A stretch of DNA of 64,000 nt from Polyangiaceae bacterium. Lineage in GTDB: Bacteria; Myxococcota_A; Polyangia; Polyangiales; Polyangiaceae. The position numbers were made by a program, and so were the translations under genes. The notes beneath the pieces are model-generated. The model was not told where the DNA came from, made no database searches, and worked only from the letters and a program-made list of their open reading frames with translations. Of this stretch, positions 30,454 through 40,958 are shown one piece after another (the stretch's first letter is position 1; every line of letters begins with the position of its first letter). The DNA is taken from assembly GCA_033763455.1 (NCBI GenBank), contig JANRKO010000060.1, forward strand, positions 78,586-142,585, given 5' to 3'.

Positions 30454-32193
30454 CTACGCAGCCGCGTCTGACTCACTTTCCAGTTCCCGAAAGAGCGGGC
30501 CGAGCTCGGGGCGTGCTCGGAGTGGTTCGCAGAAGCGGGAAGCCTGGGCCAGAAGGTCGTTCTCCATGGCGCCTGCGGCGCGCCCTAGGCTTTCGAGCTG
30601 GGCTTGTAAGGCGGTCTGTTCGCGCTCAAGGCTCTCTTCTTGGGTGGCCATGGCCTGCCGCAGCTGCAGGATTTGAAATTCGAGATCTTCGACGTCGTGC
30701 TTGCTGGCGACGCAGCGGGCGTCCGCTGCGGCTTGTTGTTTTTTCGCCTCGCACCAACTTTCCACTACGTCGGCAGCGGCGCGGTAGGCGTCCGCCATTT
30801 CTTGGTACGGTTCGAGGAAGCCCGTGCGCCCCTCCCAGAACAGGACCTCGTGCTGAGCCTCGCGAAATGCTTCGCGTTTCTCTTCGCGCAGCGCAGCGGC
30901 AAGCTTGGCTGCGGCGGTTGCGTCTTTGAGTTTGTCGCGCGCAAGGCTCGCGTCCACACCCAGGGCGTGGACGGCGTGACCGATGCGTTGGCGCATTTCG
31001 CGTCCGCTCGCGTCTACGTTTTCGAGGTTGCGCTGGTGAGCCATGGCTTCGTCGCGATGACTCGCAATTTGCTTCACCAACGCGTTGATTCGTTCGAGCA
31101 GTTCTACTTGTTGTGGGGGAGCTCCAGCGCCGTAGACTTTTTCCAGCATTTGCCGGAAGACCTCAACACGGCGGCCCCACAAGTCGATCGCCACAGGCGG
31201 CAGACTCTTGGAGGCCGGGCGCAGGCTCTCGGGCACCTCGGAGAGATCTCGAGGTACGGTTGCGCCAACAGCTTCGGCTATGGCGACCAAATCCTTGTAG
31301 AGCCGGTGTGCATCCACCGGGCGTTCCTTCGGATCTTTCGCGAGAAGCTCAAGTATGAGCTTGTCGAGGGCCTCGGGAATGCTTGGATCGGATGCGCGAG
31401 CGCTTGGCGCCGCTTCGCTCAGATGTTTGATGAAGAGTACCGGGACTTGCGCTGCATCGAAGGGCAAGCGCCCCGTTACCATTTCGAACAGAATGATGCC
31501 AACGGCGTAAAGATCGGCACTTGGCCCGGCGTCAATCGAGGTGATGCGCTCGGGAGCCATGTATTGGGGCGTGCCGAAAACTTCACCGGCCCCGGTTAGC
31601 CGCGCGTCCTGCATGGAGCGAGCGATGCCAAAATCTAGCAGCTTAACCACTTCGGTGCCGGTCTGCGGATCGTGAGCAAGGTAGATGTTTTCGGGCTTGA
31701 GGTCGCGATGGATAACTTGAAGATCGTGAGCGCGGGCGAGCGCGCGGGCGATCTGAATGCCGATGGTGAGGGCGCGCGAGACAGAGATTTTCCCGCGCTC
31801 CAAGAGGTCAGCGAGGGTTTCCCCTTCCAGGAGCTCCATTACCAAGTAGACGCACCCATCGTCGGTTTCGCCTTGGTCAGAGATCTCGATGATGTTCGGA
31901 TGCGCTAGCTTTTGAGCGGCTTTCGCTTCACGCCGGAAGCGCTCGCGCATCACTTCATTTTTGGCAAAAGATTCGTTCAGGATCTTGATGGCACACAAGC
32001 GATCTACCAAGCGATGGCGTGCCGTGTAGACGGTGGCCATACCCCCCTGCCCGAGCACGCTTTCGATCTCGTAGCGACCCGCGAGCACGGTTCCGATACG
32101 CTCGTCTTGGATGGGGGCAAGCGTTGCGCCGTCAACGAAGCACAACGTGCGATCGTCTGGATACTTCAGCTTGCAGAGTGGGCAGGCCTTCAT
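30454..32193 (-). CDS. Ser/Thr protein kinase with N-terminal CxxC knuckle and C-terminal coiled coil
   Basis: GQGGMA, AIK, HRDLKPEN, DFG and GTPQYMAPE are all intact. Confidence 0.94.
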   Translation of the reverse strand: MKACPLCKLKYPDDRTLCFVDGATLAPIQDERIGTVLAGRYEIESVLGQGGMATVYTARHRLVDRLCAIKILNESFAKNEVMRERFRREAKAAQKLAHPNIIEISDQGETDDGCVYLVMELLEGETLADLLERGKISVSRALTIGIQIARALARAHDLQVIHRDLKPENIYLAHDPQTGTEVVKLLDFGIARSMQDARLTGAGEVFGTPQYMAPERITSIDAGPSADLYAVGIILFEMVTGRLPFDAAQVPVLFIKHLSEAAPSARASDPSIPEALDKLILELLAKDPKERPVDAHRLYKDLVAIAEAVGATVPRDLSEVPESLRPASKSLPPVAIDLWGRRVEVFRQMLEKVYGAGAPPQQVELLERINALVKQIASHRDEAMAHQRNLENVDASGREMRQRIGHAVHALGVDASLARDKLKDATAAAKLAAALREEKREAFREAQHEVLFWEGRTGFLEPYQEMADAYRAAADVVESWCEAKKQQAAADARCVASKHDVEDLEFQILQLRQAMATQEESLEREQTALQAQLESLGRAAGAMENDLLAQASRFCEPLRARPELGPLFRELESESDAAA

Positions 32194-32308
32194 AACTCCC
32201 GAAGCCTTCGATGTTCCCGCGCGAGCGATAAAGATTCCAGCCCAAAGCCCAAGAGGCCGGGTGCGCCCGGTTTTCCATAGTCAAATCCTGTGCTACCTGC
32301 CTTTGCAG

Positions 32309-33154
32309 ATGGTCACCAAGGCGAAGAAGCCCCCTTTCGGGGCGCCCCGGGTGGAGGTCCGAGCGCCCTCCCGGTCGGAGGACCGCGTTCACTTAGGCCG
32401 CTTGGCCATCATTGTAGCGGTTGGGTTTGTCGTGGGTGTCGCTTGGCCCCGCCTGGCGGGGATCCATTTGGCCCCCGTGGTGCCCGACGACGGAACACCG
32501 ACCAAGAAGGCGCCCGCCAAAGCGGCTGAGTTGCCCCCCTCGGAGCCTTTGGCGGTTGCGGTGGTCGAAGAGGTGAAGATAGGGGAACCCCAGATCACGG
32601 CGTGTAAAGATACCGACGGCCGCGCGCAGAAGCCGTGCGATACGGTGCTGTTTCAAGATGTAGTTAACCCGAGATTAAAAACGCTGAGCTCGTGTGAGGC
32701 AGCTCAGGGAGCCCTTGGCGCACTATCGCTCGGGTTCGACTTTAACTTTGACAAGAATCGGGTTGAACGCATCATCCTAGGCAAGCGCACTACACTCCCA
32801 CTCCCAACAGCCAAAGCCTTGGTTGAGTGCGTAGAGCGCGAGTTTGAAACAGCTGCGCTTACACAGCTTAAGCACCAATACGCTCGCTACTCGGTCTTCT
32901 TCTTGGTTGAGTTTGCGCCGCCTGAACCCAAGAAAGGCGAAGAAGATCAAATCCTCGAAGCAACGGGTCGAGCCACCGTGGGTTGGGAGTTGGCTTTGAT
33001 CCGCGAGACTCCAGGAAATGAGGCCCCCGTGAAGGCTCGGATCAGGAGCGGAACGCGCGTGGTGGTCACTGGTAGAAAAGCGGACTGGTATCGCGTGAAA
33101 TATGACGGGCAGGGCAATGAGGGCTGGGTCTTCAAGGCTGCCATCGGCCTCTAG
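32309..33154 (+). CDS. Membrane-anchored protein with C-terminal bacterial SH3 domain
   Basis: One TM helix; C-terminal GTRVVVTGRKADWYRVKY...GWV SH3b signature. Start uncertain. Confidence 0.75.
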   Translation: MVTKAKKPPFGAPRVEVRAPSRSEDRVHLGRLAIIVAVGFVVGVAWPRLAGIHLAPVVPDDGTPTKKAPAKAAELPPSEPLAVAVVEEVKIGEPQITACKDTDGRAQKPCDTVLFQDVVNPRLKTLSSCEAAQGALGALSLGFDFNFDKNRVERIILGKRTTLPLPTAKALVECVEREFETAALTQLKHQYARYSVFFLVEFAPPEPKKGEEDQILEATGRATVGWELALIRETPGNEAPVKARIRSGTRVVVTGRKADWYRVKYDGQGNEGWVFKAAIGL

Positions 33155-33231
33155 ACGGCCGTCGTTTGAGCCGAGTTTTTGGTCGCGGTTGGCCACCGCG
33201 TGCGATGGCGTGCTAAGGATCGCCTACGAGC

Positions 33232-33627
33232 ATGAGCAACTCTGACAAACCTCAGAAGCCTTCAGTGGACATGCCGGCCGTCTCTCATCAGGACGTCGCG
33301 CTCGTGCACGGTGTTACCCCCGACGGCGGGTATCGTATCGTCCGGCGCCGGGGTGAACAGCTTGAGCTTGGGTCCGTGCATCCGCTCAAAGAAGGCAAGC
33401 CTCTCGAAGGGGAAGTGGTCGCACTGCGACCGCGTAAGGAATTCCCTCTCGTGTGTGACGTAGAAACGCTGTATAGCCCGCCGAAGCCTTTGGTAGGGGA
33501 CACGGCGGCTGCCCCGCCTGCCCAAGCTCGGGCGAAAAAAGGGCCAGCGCAGGTTTCCACCGAGGCTTATCGCGAAAATTGGGATCAGATTTGGCCCCAA
33601 GCCAAGAAGAATAACGCGGTTAATTAG
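33232..33627 (+). CDS. Hypothetical protein
   Basis: ORF fills the gap with protein-like composition and a C-terminal GPAQVSTEAYRENWDQIW motif. Confidence 0.7.
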   Translation: MSNSDKPQKPSVDMPAVSHQDVALVHGVTPDGGYRIVRRRGEQLELGSVHPLKEGKPLEGEVVALRPRKEFPLVCDVETLYSPPKPLVGDTAAAPPAQARAKKGPAQVSTEAYRENWDQIWPQAKKNNAVN

Positions 33628-33634
33628 ACGCGGT

Positions 33635-35833
33635 TTAGAAAAGTTCGAGCAGAGCCTGGAGCTCGGAACGGGCTATTGCAAAGGTCGCGGGCGTGCCTGA
33701 GCGTCGCAGGTAGTAGATGCTCGTGTTGCGCCAACTATCGCCCGCGCCGAACTCACACATGCGCGCCCCTTCGCGTGCGTCTTTGGGGGTGACTGCGACG
33801 CTGAGCCAAGGTTGGGTTAGCCCCTCTTCGGGCAAAGCAGCTCCCACGTGCAGGGCGGCCTCCGCGCGCAGGCTTGCCAGGGCCTCTAATGCGTCTTCAA
33901 GCCCTTGGGTGATTTCCCGTCCTTCGTTGTCTACGGCGGCCCAGCCTTCTCCTTGTGCACGCAGTGTCACCGTCTGGCGATCCTTGCGGAGTGTAATGGC
34001 CTCTGCGGTTCCTGGAGCTATCTGGCAAAGGGAGCGATCGAGCGCCCACGTGGTCAATGTATCGAACGTTGCGCTTGTTACAATGAATACCCCCGCAAGC
34101 GTATCTACAGATGCAAAGTAGCCCTGGCGAGTACGGGCGCCCAGAGTAAGAGTAATGTTTTGAGGGAGCACTGGCTCGCTGGAGGCAGCGGCGGGGGCGC
34201 TCAGATGAAGCTTCAAATGAAACGCGCGCCCATCGGAGAGCCCGTGGGACATCTGGACCTCATCGGATACCCAACGTTCAGCACGCAGCGCGGATAAGGT
34301 GCCGATGATGGAGTCGATAAGGGCGGCATCATGTGGCACTGCACGCGCCGCGGTACGGAGGGCGTAGGCACCTGGTGCCGACTGCCCAAGCGTTTGTTCG
34401 AAGTTGGGCCCGGAAATTCGAACTTCCGAAATCCGTGAGCGGGGGATATCCAGAACGTTAAGAGGCTTCATCAGCGTGGCATCCGGGCGCAACACTTGAG
34501 CTTGTTCTGAGGAGAGGAGGAAGCGTGCTCCGTCGCTGGTGCGCTCCACAACGCACTTGCCTTGAGCATTGGGTGCCCCGACCCGCACAGACTCCGTAAA
34601 GCTGGCAGGATCGGAGAGAGCTTGGGATTCAAGCTCAATCAATGTGAACGGAGGCGTGAGCTCTTCTTCTACCGGTTGGCCACTGAGGCTAGTGAGAGCT
34701 TCCAGGCGCGTGTTTCCTGGCTCAAGAGGCACTTCAATACGTTGCGGTTCCTTGAGCAGAAAGGCCGAGTTGGAGCGCTCAAGTACAAGCCTTCGAGCGT
34801 CAGAAACGATCCGAAGCTTTTCCACTTCATCGGAGCGCAACCAGAAAAGGCGCCTGGAGGTGAGGTCTTTATCCGCGAGTTGCAAACGTGTAACGAAGCT
34901 CGGTTGAACGCAGAGTGCCACGGGATGTGGTTCGATCCGGAGAGCTAGCACAAGGTTAGGATCGGAGGGGCAGGGGGTGCCGAAACGGAGCGTTGCTCTT
35001 GGGTTCTTGGTATCCAGCGGGAAGAGCGTAAGGCTTAAGGTGTTAGGATCTTTGGCTTGCTCAAGGCTCGCTTTGTTCCAATCTGTGGGTAAAGCGCCGT
35101 CCATATCCGCGAGGGTTTCGAAGAGTCGATCCACAGCTTGTCGCTCAACAAGGTGACGTTTCTCTGTACGCACATACCACAGGCCGCGTTCGTCACGCTC
35201 CAGCCTCTTAGTGACCCCACGCACATGCTGTTCTACGGCACTCACCTCCACGGAGCCGTAGGGCAAGAATTGCACGCGCCTGAGCGCATTCAGATCAAAC
35301 TTCCAGTCGTCGGTAACCTTGCTTTCGACAACGTAAACATTAGCCATCCGGTCACCCGCACAGGAAATCTCCACGTAAGATTGGCTGTTCTGACCAGGAA
35401 CAGGGTTTCCCTGGGTGAGGGTGCAGGATTGCTGTCGGGTACTGAATGTTAGGGAAAATCGGGGTGGTTTCAGCCCAAGAGCAGGTTGGTTGAGCGAATC
35501 AGTGGACAACCTGCGAACAAAATTGGCTGACTCCAGGCCCCTCAAGATCTTATCCAAAAGCGCGACGTCTGCTTCGCCTTTTTCTGGGGATAGGAGCTCC
35601 CACTCGGCCGGTTCTTTGGAAAGCTGGCGCTCCAGGCGAAAAGTCACGCCATCGCGGGTGAACGCTAACGCATAAACCTCCGATGGAACGAACGTGGGCA
35701 AAAGGTGCTGTGAGCGCAGGGCCACTTCGTCCGTTGTTGGCAGCATGAAAGTGGTGAGCGCAATCCCGAGTGATGCAACGGCCAGGGCGATGGATCCAAG
35801 CGTAAGCCATTGGCGACGGCGAAGCTCTTTCAC
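33635..35833 (-). CDS. DUF4340-like repeat protein associated with the Gld-like ABC module
   Basis: N-terminal TM helix; repeated units (L.A..F/W...GL..P...LTLG); follows a GldG-like gene. Confidence 0.75.
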   Translation of the reverse strand: MKELRRRQWLTLGSIALAVASLGIALTTFMLPTTDEVALRSQHLLPTFVPSEVYALAFTRDGVTFRLERQLSKEPAEWELLSPEKGEADVALLDKILRGLESANFVRRLSTDSLNQPALGLKPPRFSLTFSTRQQSCTLTQGNPVPGQNSQSYVEISCAGDRMANVYVVESKVTDDWKFDLNALRRVQFLPYGSVEVSAVEQHVRGVTKRLERDERGLWYVRTEKRHLVERQAVDRLFETLADMDGALPTDWNKASLEQAKDPNTLSLTLFPLDTKNPRATLRFGTPCPSDPNLVLALRIEPHPVALCVQPSFVTRLQLADKDLTSRRLFWLRSDEVEKLRIVSDARRLVLERSNSAFLLKEPQRIEVPLEPGNTRLEALTSLSGQPVEEELTPPFTLIELESQALSDPASFTESVRVGAPNAQGKCVVERTSDGARFLLSSEQAQVLRPDATLMKPLNVLDIPRSRISEVRISGPNFEQTLGQSAPGAYALRTAARAVPHDAALIDSIIGTLSALRAERWVSDEVQMSHGLSDGRAFHLKLHLSAPAAASSEPVLPQNITLTLGARTRQGYFASVDTLAGVFIVTSATFDTLTTWALDRSLCQIAPGTAEAITLRKDRQTVTLRAQGEGWAAVDNEGREITQGLEDALEALASLRAEAALHVGAALPEEGLTQPWLSVAVTPKDAREGARMCEFGAGDSWRNTSIYYLRRSGTPATFAIARSELQALLELF

Positions 35834-37398
35834 GACGCCTCCTTGCTTTGGCGCGAGCGGTCTTCAATTTGCTTCCGCCGGAACAACACGGCAAGGCCCA
35901 AGAGCAGCGCCGAGATGGGCAGGGAAAGAACTACGTAGCGGAACAGCGAGCTGAGCGCGGCCTCCGATAATGCCAGCCCTGAAGGATGAGCAGCCTTCTC
36001 GGGCACGCTCACCAAGTGTGGGCGTGCGACAAGCCAGGAGATGGCACTCTCCACTAAGAGCTTGTTGCCGGCCCACGCTGGATCCGAAAATGCCCGAGAC
36101 CACACCAGATTACCGGCGCCGATCACTACTGTGCGACTTGTACCGGATTGCTTTGAGCTCTTTACGGCCTGTTCGACGGCAAAACCGAGGGTGAGTGGGC
36201 CGCGATGAGAGCTCTCGTTCGCTGTGGGAAGGCGCGCGGAATCTGTGAAGTTAGCTGGATTTTCAATGCTGAAGCCGGCCGGGGATGTCACCAACAGGGG
36301 CGTCAGCGTGCCGGGTGTGACGCCTGGCAGGGAGGCTAGCGACTGAGCTGCACTTACGAGTAAACGATACTGCACCTTGCTGCCCGGGCGCGCCAACGCT
36401 TCGGTGACAGCGTGTGGCCTAGTATCCGCAAAGAATGTCTCCCCTATTCCGGACGGCAAGCGGAGCTCTGGATCACCCTCCAGCACCACATCTTGCCCGA
36501 GCTTCAGCCCTAGAACGGTAAGCCATGGCTCAAGCCCACTCTTCTGCACTCGCTCTTCTTCGAGTGCCGGTGGCAAGAATGCCAATACTCTGCCTCCGCT
36601 TGCTGTGTAGGCAACCAGGCTTTGGGCCGCAGCTTCGGTGAAGGTACGCTCGGGTGCAGCCACGATCACCGCGTTGCAATCAAGGAGCGGGTTTTTGCGA
36701 AGTGGCGGGCTCAGATCGATCGCGCGAACGTCGTAGTTGTTCTTCTTGAGTTCATTGGCAAATGCACCCAGGCCCTCCGGCCCCAGGTTATCGGGGGAGA
36801 GTTCTTCGTGCCCGCTCGTGAGGCACACGTGCGGCGCCTCGGAGGATTCGAGGCTGCGGAGGCCTAACGTGAGAGCCTGCTCTAGCCTGGGCTGGCTCGC
36901 GCCCGTTTCCTGGTTGTACGCGACGATGTTCTCCGGTGTAATGAACCACTTCCGCTTGCCTTGCGCTAGCACGATGACCGCATCCGTGGTGACTTTACCG
37001 TCGTCCGTTTTGCCCGCAACCATGCCGTATTCAGCGTGAAGCGCCGCGAATGTTGCTGGGTCACGGTCAGGGTCGATGAAGCGCGGCCGGAGCAGGTGCG
37101 TCTGGCCACCATACGCGGCCAAGAGCTGGCGCACATTGGCGCTTAGTGGATCGCCGTGGCTCAGGAACACCGTTACATCTACAGGTTCTCGCAAGGAGGC
37201 GAGGGTAGCGAGTGTGGCAGGGGAAAGCGTGTAGAGCCCAGTGCTCGTGAGATCCCAACGGGTGTAGAAGCGATGCACTATAACGTTGGAGCACACCGAT
37301 GCGACTCCGATTGCTAATACAGCCGCAGCTGAGAGCAGACGAAAAGCCTGGCTACCCTGTTGGCGGAGGCGAAAGAAGCGCTTCAGCTCCAGCGCCAT
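35830..37398 (-). CDS. GldG-family ABC transporter auxiliary component
   Basis: RWDLTSTGLYTLSPAT, FIDPDRDP, GHEE, SAISWL and a C-terminal TM helix. Confidence 0.85.
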   Translation of the reverse strand: MALELKRFFRLRQQGSQAFRLLSAAAVLAIGVASVCSNVIVHRFYTRWDLTSTGLYTLSPATLATLASLREPVDVTVFLSHGDPLSANVRQLLAAYGGQTHLLRPRFIDPDRDPATFAALHAEYGMVAGKTDDGKVTTDAVIVLAQGKRKWFITPENIVAYNQETGASQPRLEQALTLGLRSLESSEAPHVCLTSGHEELSPDNLGPEGLGAFANELKKNNYDVRAIDLSPPLRKNPLLDCNAVIVAAPERTFTEAAAQSLVAYTASGGRVLAFLPPALEEERVQKSGLEPWLTVLGLKLGQDVVLEGDPELRLPSGIGETFFADTRPHAVTEALARPGSKVQYRLLVSAAQSLASLPGVTPGTLTPLLVTSPAGFSIENPANFTDSARLPTANESSHRGPLTLGFAVEQAVKSSKQSGTSRTVVIGAGNLVWSRAFSDPAWAGNKLLVESAISWLVARPHLVSVPEKAAHPSGLALSEAALSSLFRYVVLSLPISALLLGLAVLFRRKQIEDRSRQSKEAS

Positions 37399-38132
37399 GA
37401 ATCCACGACCTCCGTTGTTGTAAAGAGAGCAAGCACTACCACGCTCAGATCAAACACCACGCGGCGAAGGTCAATGATGCCTTTGGAGAATTCCTCCATG
37501 TGGCTCATCATCGATACATGACTACAAATGGAATGAAGGAGGCCAGGGTCGAAGATATATTCACCCACCCCCAAAACAAACATCCCAAACTGTAGAAGTA
37601 CCGTGAGCATCAGCGCAGACAGCTGGCTTTGCGTAAGCGCGCTCATCAACGTTCCCACAGCCAAATAGGCCGCTCCGAGCAGCAAAAGGCCCAAGTAGCT
37701 TGTGAATACGACCCCGCCATCCACAACGCCTGTATCGCGCAACAGAAATGGGTAAAGGAGCGTGGGGCTCCACATGAGAATGTAAGTGCTCAGTGTGGCT
37801 AGGTATTTCCCGAGCACGATCGAGAGCGCGCGAACCGGTGCTGTTAATAGCGATTCAATGGTGCCGCTTCTTCGTTCTTCGGAGAATAACCGCATGCTGA
37901 GCGCCGGGCAGAGCAAGAGCAAAGTTACCAAAAGAAAGATGGACCCTTGGCCAAAGTAGGCCTCGATGGGGCCATTGTCGAAGCTGAGCTCGGCCGCTCC
38001 CGAATAGTGAGAGACAATGGAGTAAAATACACCACCCTGCAGCAGCAAGAACGTTACCAACAAGATCCAAGCCACGGGTGTGACCCACAAGGACAACATC
38101 TCCCGTTTGTAGATTGCCCAAAACCCAGTCAT
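37383..38132 (-). CDS. ABC-2 type permease (GldF-like)
   Basis: AIYKREM, MRLFSEERRSGTIESLLTAP, IVLGKYLA and KGIIDLR. Confidence 0.9.
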   Translation of the reverse strand: MTGFWAIYKREMLSLWVTPVAWILLVTFLLLQGGVFYSIVSHYSGAAELSFDNGPIEAYFGQGSIFLLVTLLLLCPALSMRLFSEERRSGTIESLLTAPVRALSIVLGKYLATLSTYILMWSPTLLYPFLLRDTGVVDGGVVFTSYLGLLLLGAAYLAVGTLMSALTQSQLSALMLTVLLQFGMFVLGVGEYIFDPGLLHSICSHVSMMSHMEEFSKGIIDLRRVVFDLSVVVLALFTTTEVVDSWRWS

Positions 38133-39139
38133 GGGGCGGAGCCTTCTATTTGAATATTCCCGGGCACCATTTTCGATGGCTCGGCAGCTTCAGTGAGTGC
38201 TGAAAATACCTCTTCTAGCTTGGCGCGTTCGCTGTAAACGCGGCGCACTCCAACGCCCTTTTGAACGAGCAAAGCGATAGCTTGCTCAACCGCGGCTTCT
38301 GGATCTGGCAACTCTTTGCCCCATTCCGTTTGAAGCTGCACGCAGCCGCCCGGTGGAGATGTTGCGCTGTTTTTGAGCCTAGCACCGACACCTTCCAGCA
38401 CGTTCAGGATGGTGCTTTCGGGGCCTCGGAGCTCCCAGTGCAAGGAGCGCGTGTTCTGTTCTCGCAATAGAGCATTCATCGGGCCATCTGCCACGAGCTG
38501 CCCTTTTTGCATCACCAACGCGCGCGCGCACATGGCTTCCACTTCTTGCAAGATATGAGTGGAGAGCAGGATGGTGTGCTCCCGGCCAAGCTCGGCGATA
38601 AGTTCGCGCACCTCGCGGATCTGGTTTGGATCAAGGCCTGCTGTTGGCTCGTCGAGAATAAGGAGCGGCGGGTTCGCCACCAAGGCATCCGCGAGACCGA
38701 CACGCTGCCGGTAACCTTTTGACAGGTGGCCTATGAGCGTGTCTTTGGCGTCCGCAATGCGCGCCTGCTCCATGCAGCGGCTGACCGCGGCTTTTCGCTG
38801 ATTCCGAGGAACTAGCTTGAGCTCCGCACGAAACGAGAGGTATTCGCCTACGCGCATTTCTGGATAGAGTGGCGCGGCCTCCGGCATGTAACCAACGGAT
38901 TGGCGTGCGAGCATGGGCTCTTGGGTTACATCGTGTCCAAGGATGCGTACGTTGCCGCTGGTGGGCCCCAAAAAGCCCGCCAACATGCGCAACGTCGTGG
39001 TCTTGCCTGCCCCATTTGGACCCAGGAACCCCACCACTTGCCCCTGCGCGACAGAGAACGACAAATCGCGTACGGCAGTGAAGCTTCCGTACTGTTTGCT
39101 GAGTTGATTCGCCTCGATCATGGGACCTTTGGCCGGCAT
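38129..39139 (-). CDS. ABC transporter ATP-binding protein (GldA-like)
   Basis: GPNGAGKTT, LSKGYRQRVGLA and LDEPTAGLDPNQI. Confidence 0.93.
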   Translation of the reverse strand: MPAKGPMIEANQLSKQYGSFTAVRDLSFSVAQGQVVGFLGPNGAGKTTTLRMLAGFLGPTSGNVRILGHDVTQEPMLARQSVGYMPEAAPLYPEMRVGEYLSFRAELKLVPRNQRKAAVSRCMEQARIADAKDTLIGHLSKGYRQRVGLADALVANPPLLILDEPTAGLDPNQIREVRELIAELGREHTILLSTHILQEVEAMCARALVMQKGQLVADGPMNALLREQNTRSLHWELRGPESTILNVLEGVGARLKNSATSPPGGCVQLQTEWGKELPDPEAAVEQAIALLVQKGVGVRRVYSERAKLEEVFSALTEAAEPSKMVPGNIQIEGSAP

Positions 39140-39163
39140 AGCACGCTAGGCGAGGCGTCCCAA

Positions 39164-39622
39164 TCAACCGGCGCGCTGAGCCACGCCTTTCAATACATAT
39201 CGTAGGAACTGATCCCCGCATTCACGGTAATTTCGGTGGCTGCTCAGGCGAAAGAAGGCCCCCAGCTCAGCCTTGGTAACGGTTAGACCGGCGGCTTCGA
39301 TGAGTGCGATAATGTCCGTATCTTTGAGTGAGAATGCGACGCGGATCTTCTTAAGCACCGCGTTGTTGGTCACGGGCACTTCCAACGGTTGCGGCGGCCT
39401 AGCAGGATCCTTACCGCGCTTGAAGATGACAAGCCCGTTGAGAAAATGCGCCATCACTTCGTGGGGGCATGGCGCGTAGCCTTCTTCTTCCTCTCTCTTC
39501 AAAAAAGCTGCCACATCTTCTGGGCTCACCTCCAATCCAGCGAGCCGAAAGATTTCGATCAGGCGAGCTTCGCCGACGTTGAGTGCGTACCTGAGCGATC
39601 GAAGGACGTCGTTGTTGGTCAT
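39164..39622 (-). CDS. DUF1456 family protein (YehS-like)
   Basis: MTNNDVLRSLRYAL, NNAVLKKIRVAF and NYRECGDQFLR. Confidence 0.9.
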   Translation of the reverse strand: MTNNDVLRSLRYALNVGEARLIEIFRLAGLEVSPEDVAAFLKREEEEGYAPCPHEVMAHFLNGLVIFKRGKDPARPPQPLEVPVTNNAVLKKIRVAFSLKDTDIIALIEAAGLTVTKAELGAFFRLSSHRNYRECGDQFLRYVLKGVAQRAG

Positions 39623-39660
39623 GCGCGGTAGTCCTATCAGGTGTTTTCTCGGCGGCCCAT

Positions 39661-40788
39661 CTACACCAGAGTGCCCAGAAATTTCAGCGCTGGGGTGAAC
39701 CGGATGCCTTCGGCGGTCATGGAATCACGTGTGCCAGAGGCGGCAACTTGGATGCACTCGCAGGCGGGAAACTTGTGTTTGAAGTAACTTAGCCCTTTGT
39801 TCGCGGGTTCGTCAGCAAGCTTGCATTCCACAGCCAGGAGGGGTTTTCGATTTTCGGTTACGACAAAGTCGACCTCGCGCCCGTCAACGTCGCGGAAGTA
39901 TCGGAGCTCAAGTTCGCGGCCCTCAGAATCCTGTTGAAAGCTCACCCATTTTAGCAAGTGAACCCCTACCAAGTTTTCGAAACGTGCGCCGGGTGAAGCT
40001 ACCAGCGTCCAATCGAGGTGGTAGTGCTTGCGCTCCTTTTTTACGGCTCGGATCTTGGGAGTCCCGAAGGGTTGTACCCGGAAGATGCCATACAAGCGTT
40101 CAAAGATATCGAGCCAATTGGCTACGGTCTTGTGTGCCAGCTGGAGATCTTCCCGGAGGGCGTTGATCGAGAGTGGAGAACCTACCAATTCAGGCAGGCG
40201 CATCGCCAAAAGCTCCATGTTGCCGAGATCGGAAATGCGCTCCACCCCGGCCACTTCTTCTCGCACTAAGCGAGTGCGATACTCGCGCGACCAACGCCGT
40301 GCTACGCGTTCAGAGCCTGAGAAAAAGGGTTCAGGAAAGCCACCCAGCGCTAGCAACGAGTCCAGATCTTTGGGATGTGTCATGCCAAGTTCTGCGACGC
40401 TCAGCGGATGCATTCGCCAAAGGTGGTAGCGGCCTTGCAGCGAATCACCTCCGTAGCGATAGAAATCGAGCTTCGCACTGCCGGTGACCAGAATTTTCTG
40501 ATCTCGACCTTGGGCGTCGAAAAGACCTTTGAGGTATCCGCGCCAGCTTTTGTATTTGTGGATCTCGTCGAAAACCCAGAGCGGACTTACTGGCAAATCC
40601 TGCGCTAGGATCCGCGTCCGATGAGCGGCAACATCCCAATTGAGATAGGCGTTCTCGCGTTTTCCAAGAAGGCGTCGCGCGAGCGTTGTCTTGCCAACTT
40701 GGCGCGGGCCTGCCAAAAATACCATCTTGCGCGCTAGGTCTTGCGCAATGAAAGGCTCCAAATGGCGCGGCTTTGACCTTTCGAGCAT
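39661..40788 (-). CDS. AAA_14 / DUF4143 ATP-binding protein with C-terminal PD-(D/E)xK-like motif
   Basis: GPRQVGKTT, FDEIH, VTGSA, DSLQGR, FENLV and EVDFV...VECK. Start is the ATG at 40788 or the GTG at 40815. Confidence 0.9.
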   Translation of the reverse strand: MLERSKPRHLEPFIAQDLARKMVFLAGPRQVGKTTLARRLLGKRENAYLNWDVAAHRTRILAQDLPVSPLWVFDEIHKYKSWRGYLKGLFDAQGRDQKILVTGSAKLDFYRYGGDSLQGRYHLWRMHPLSVAELGMTHPKDLDSLLALGGFPEPFFSGSERVARRWSREYRTRLVREEVAGVERISDLGNMELLAMRLPELVGSPLSINALREDLQLAHKTVANWLDIFERLYGIFRVQPFGTPKIRAVKKERKHYHLDWTLVASPGARFENLVGVHLLKWVSFQQDSEGRELELRYFRDVDGREVDFVVTENRKPLLAVECKLADEPANKGLSYFKHKFPACECIQVAASGTRDSMTAEGIRFTPALKFLGTLV

Positions 40789-40799
40789 AGAGCACGGTA

Positions 40800-40846
40800 C
40801 GAGTAAATTGGACACCAGTCAAAAATACTCGCGAGTAAATTGGACA
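40800..40846. repeat. 15-bp perfect direct repeat CGAGTAAATTGGACA x2 (period 32) upstream of the AAA_14 gene
   Basis: Copies at 40800-40814 and 40832-40846. Confidence 0.85.
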
Positions 40847-40958
40847 GGTAGCTAAAATATCAGGGCCGAGAGTGGCCAAATAGAGCCGTTTGGCTCAGTG
40901 GCCCGTTCAGCCGTTTCGATCCCTCGCTCCACCCTGGCCACGCACTTGGTGCTTGCGC

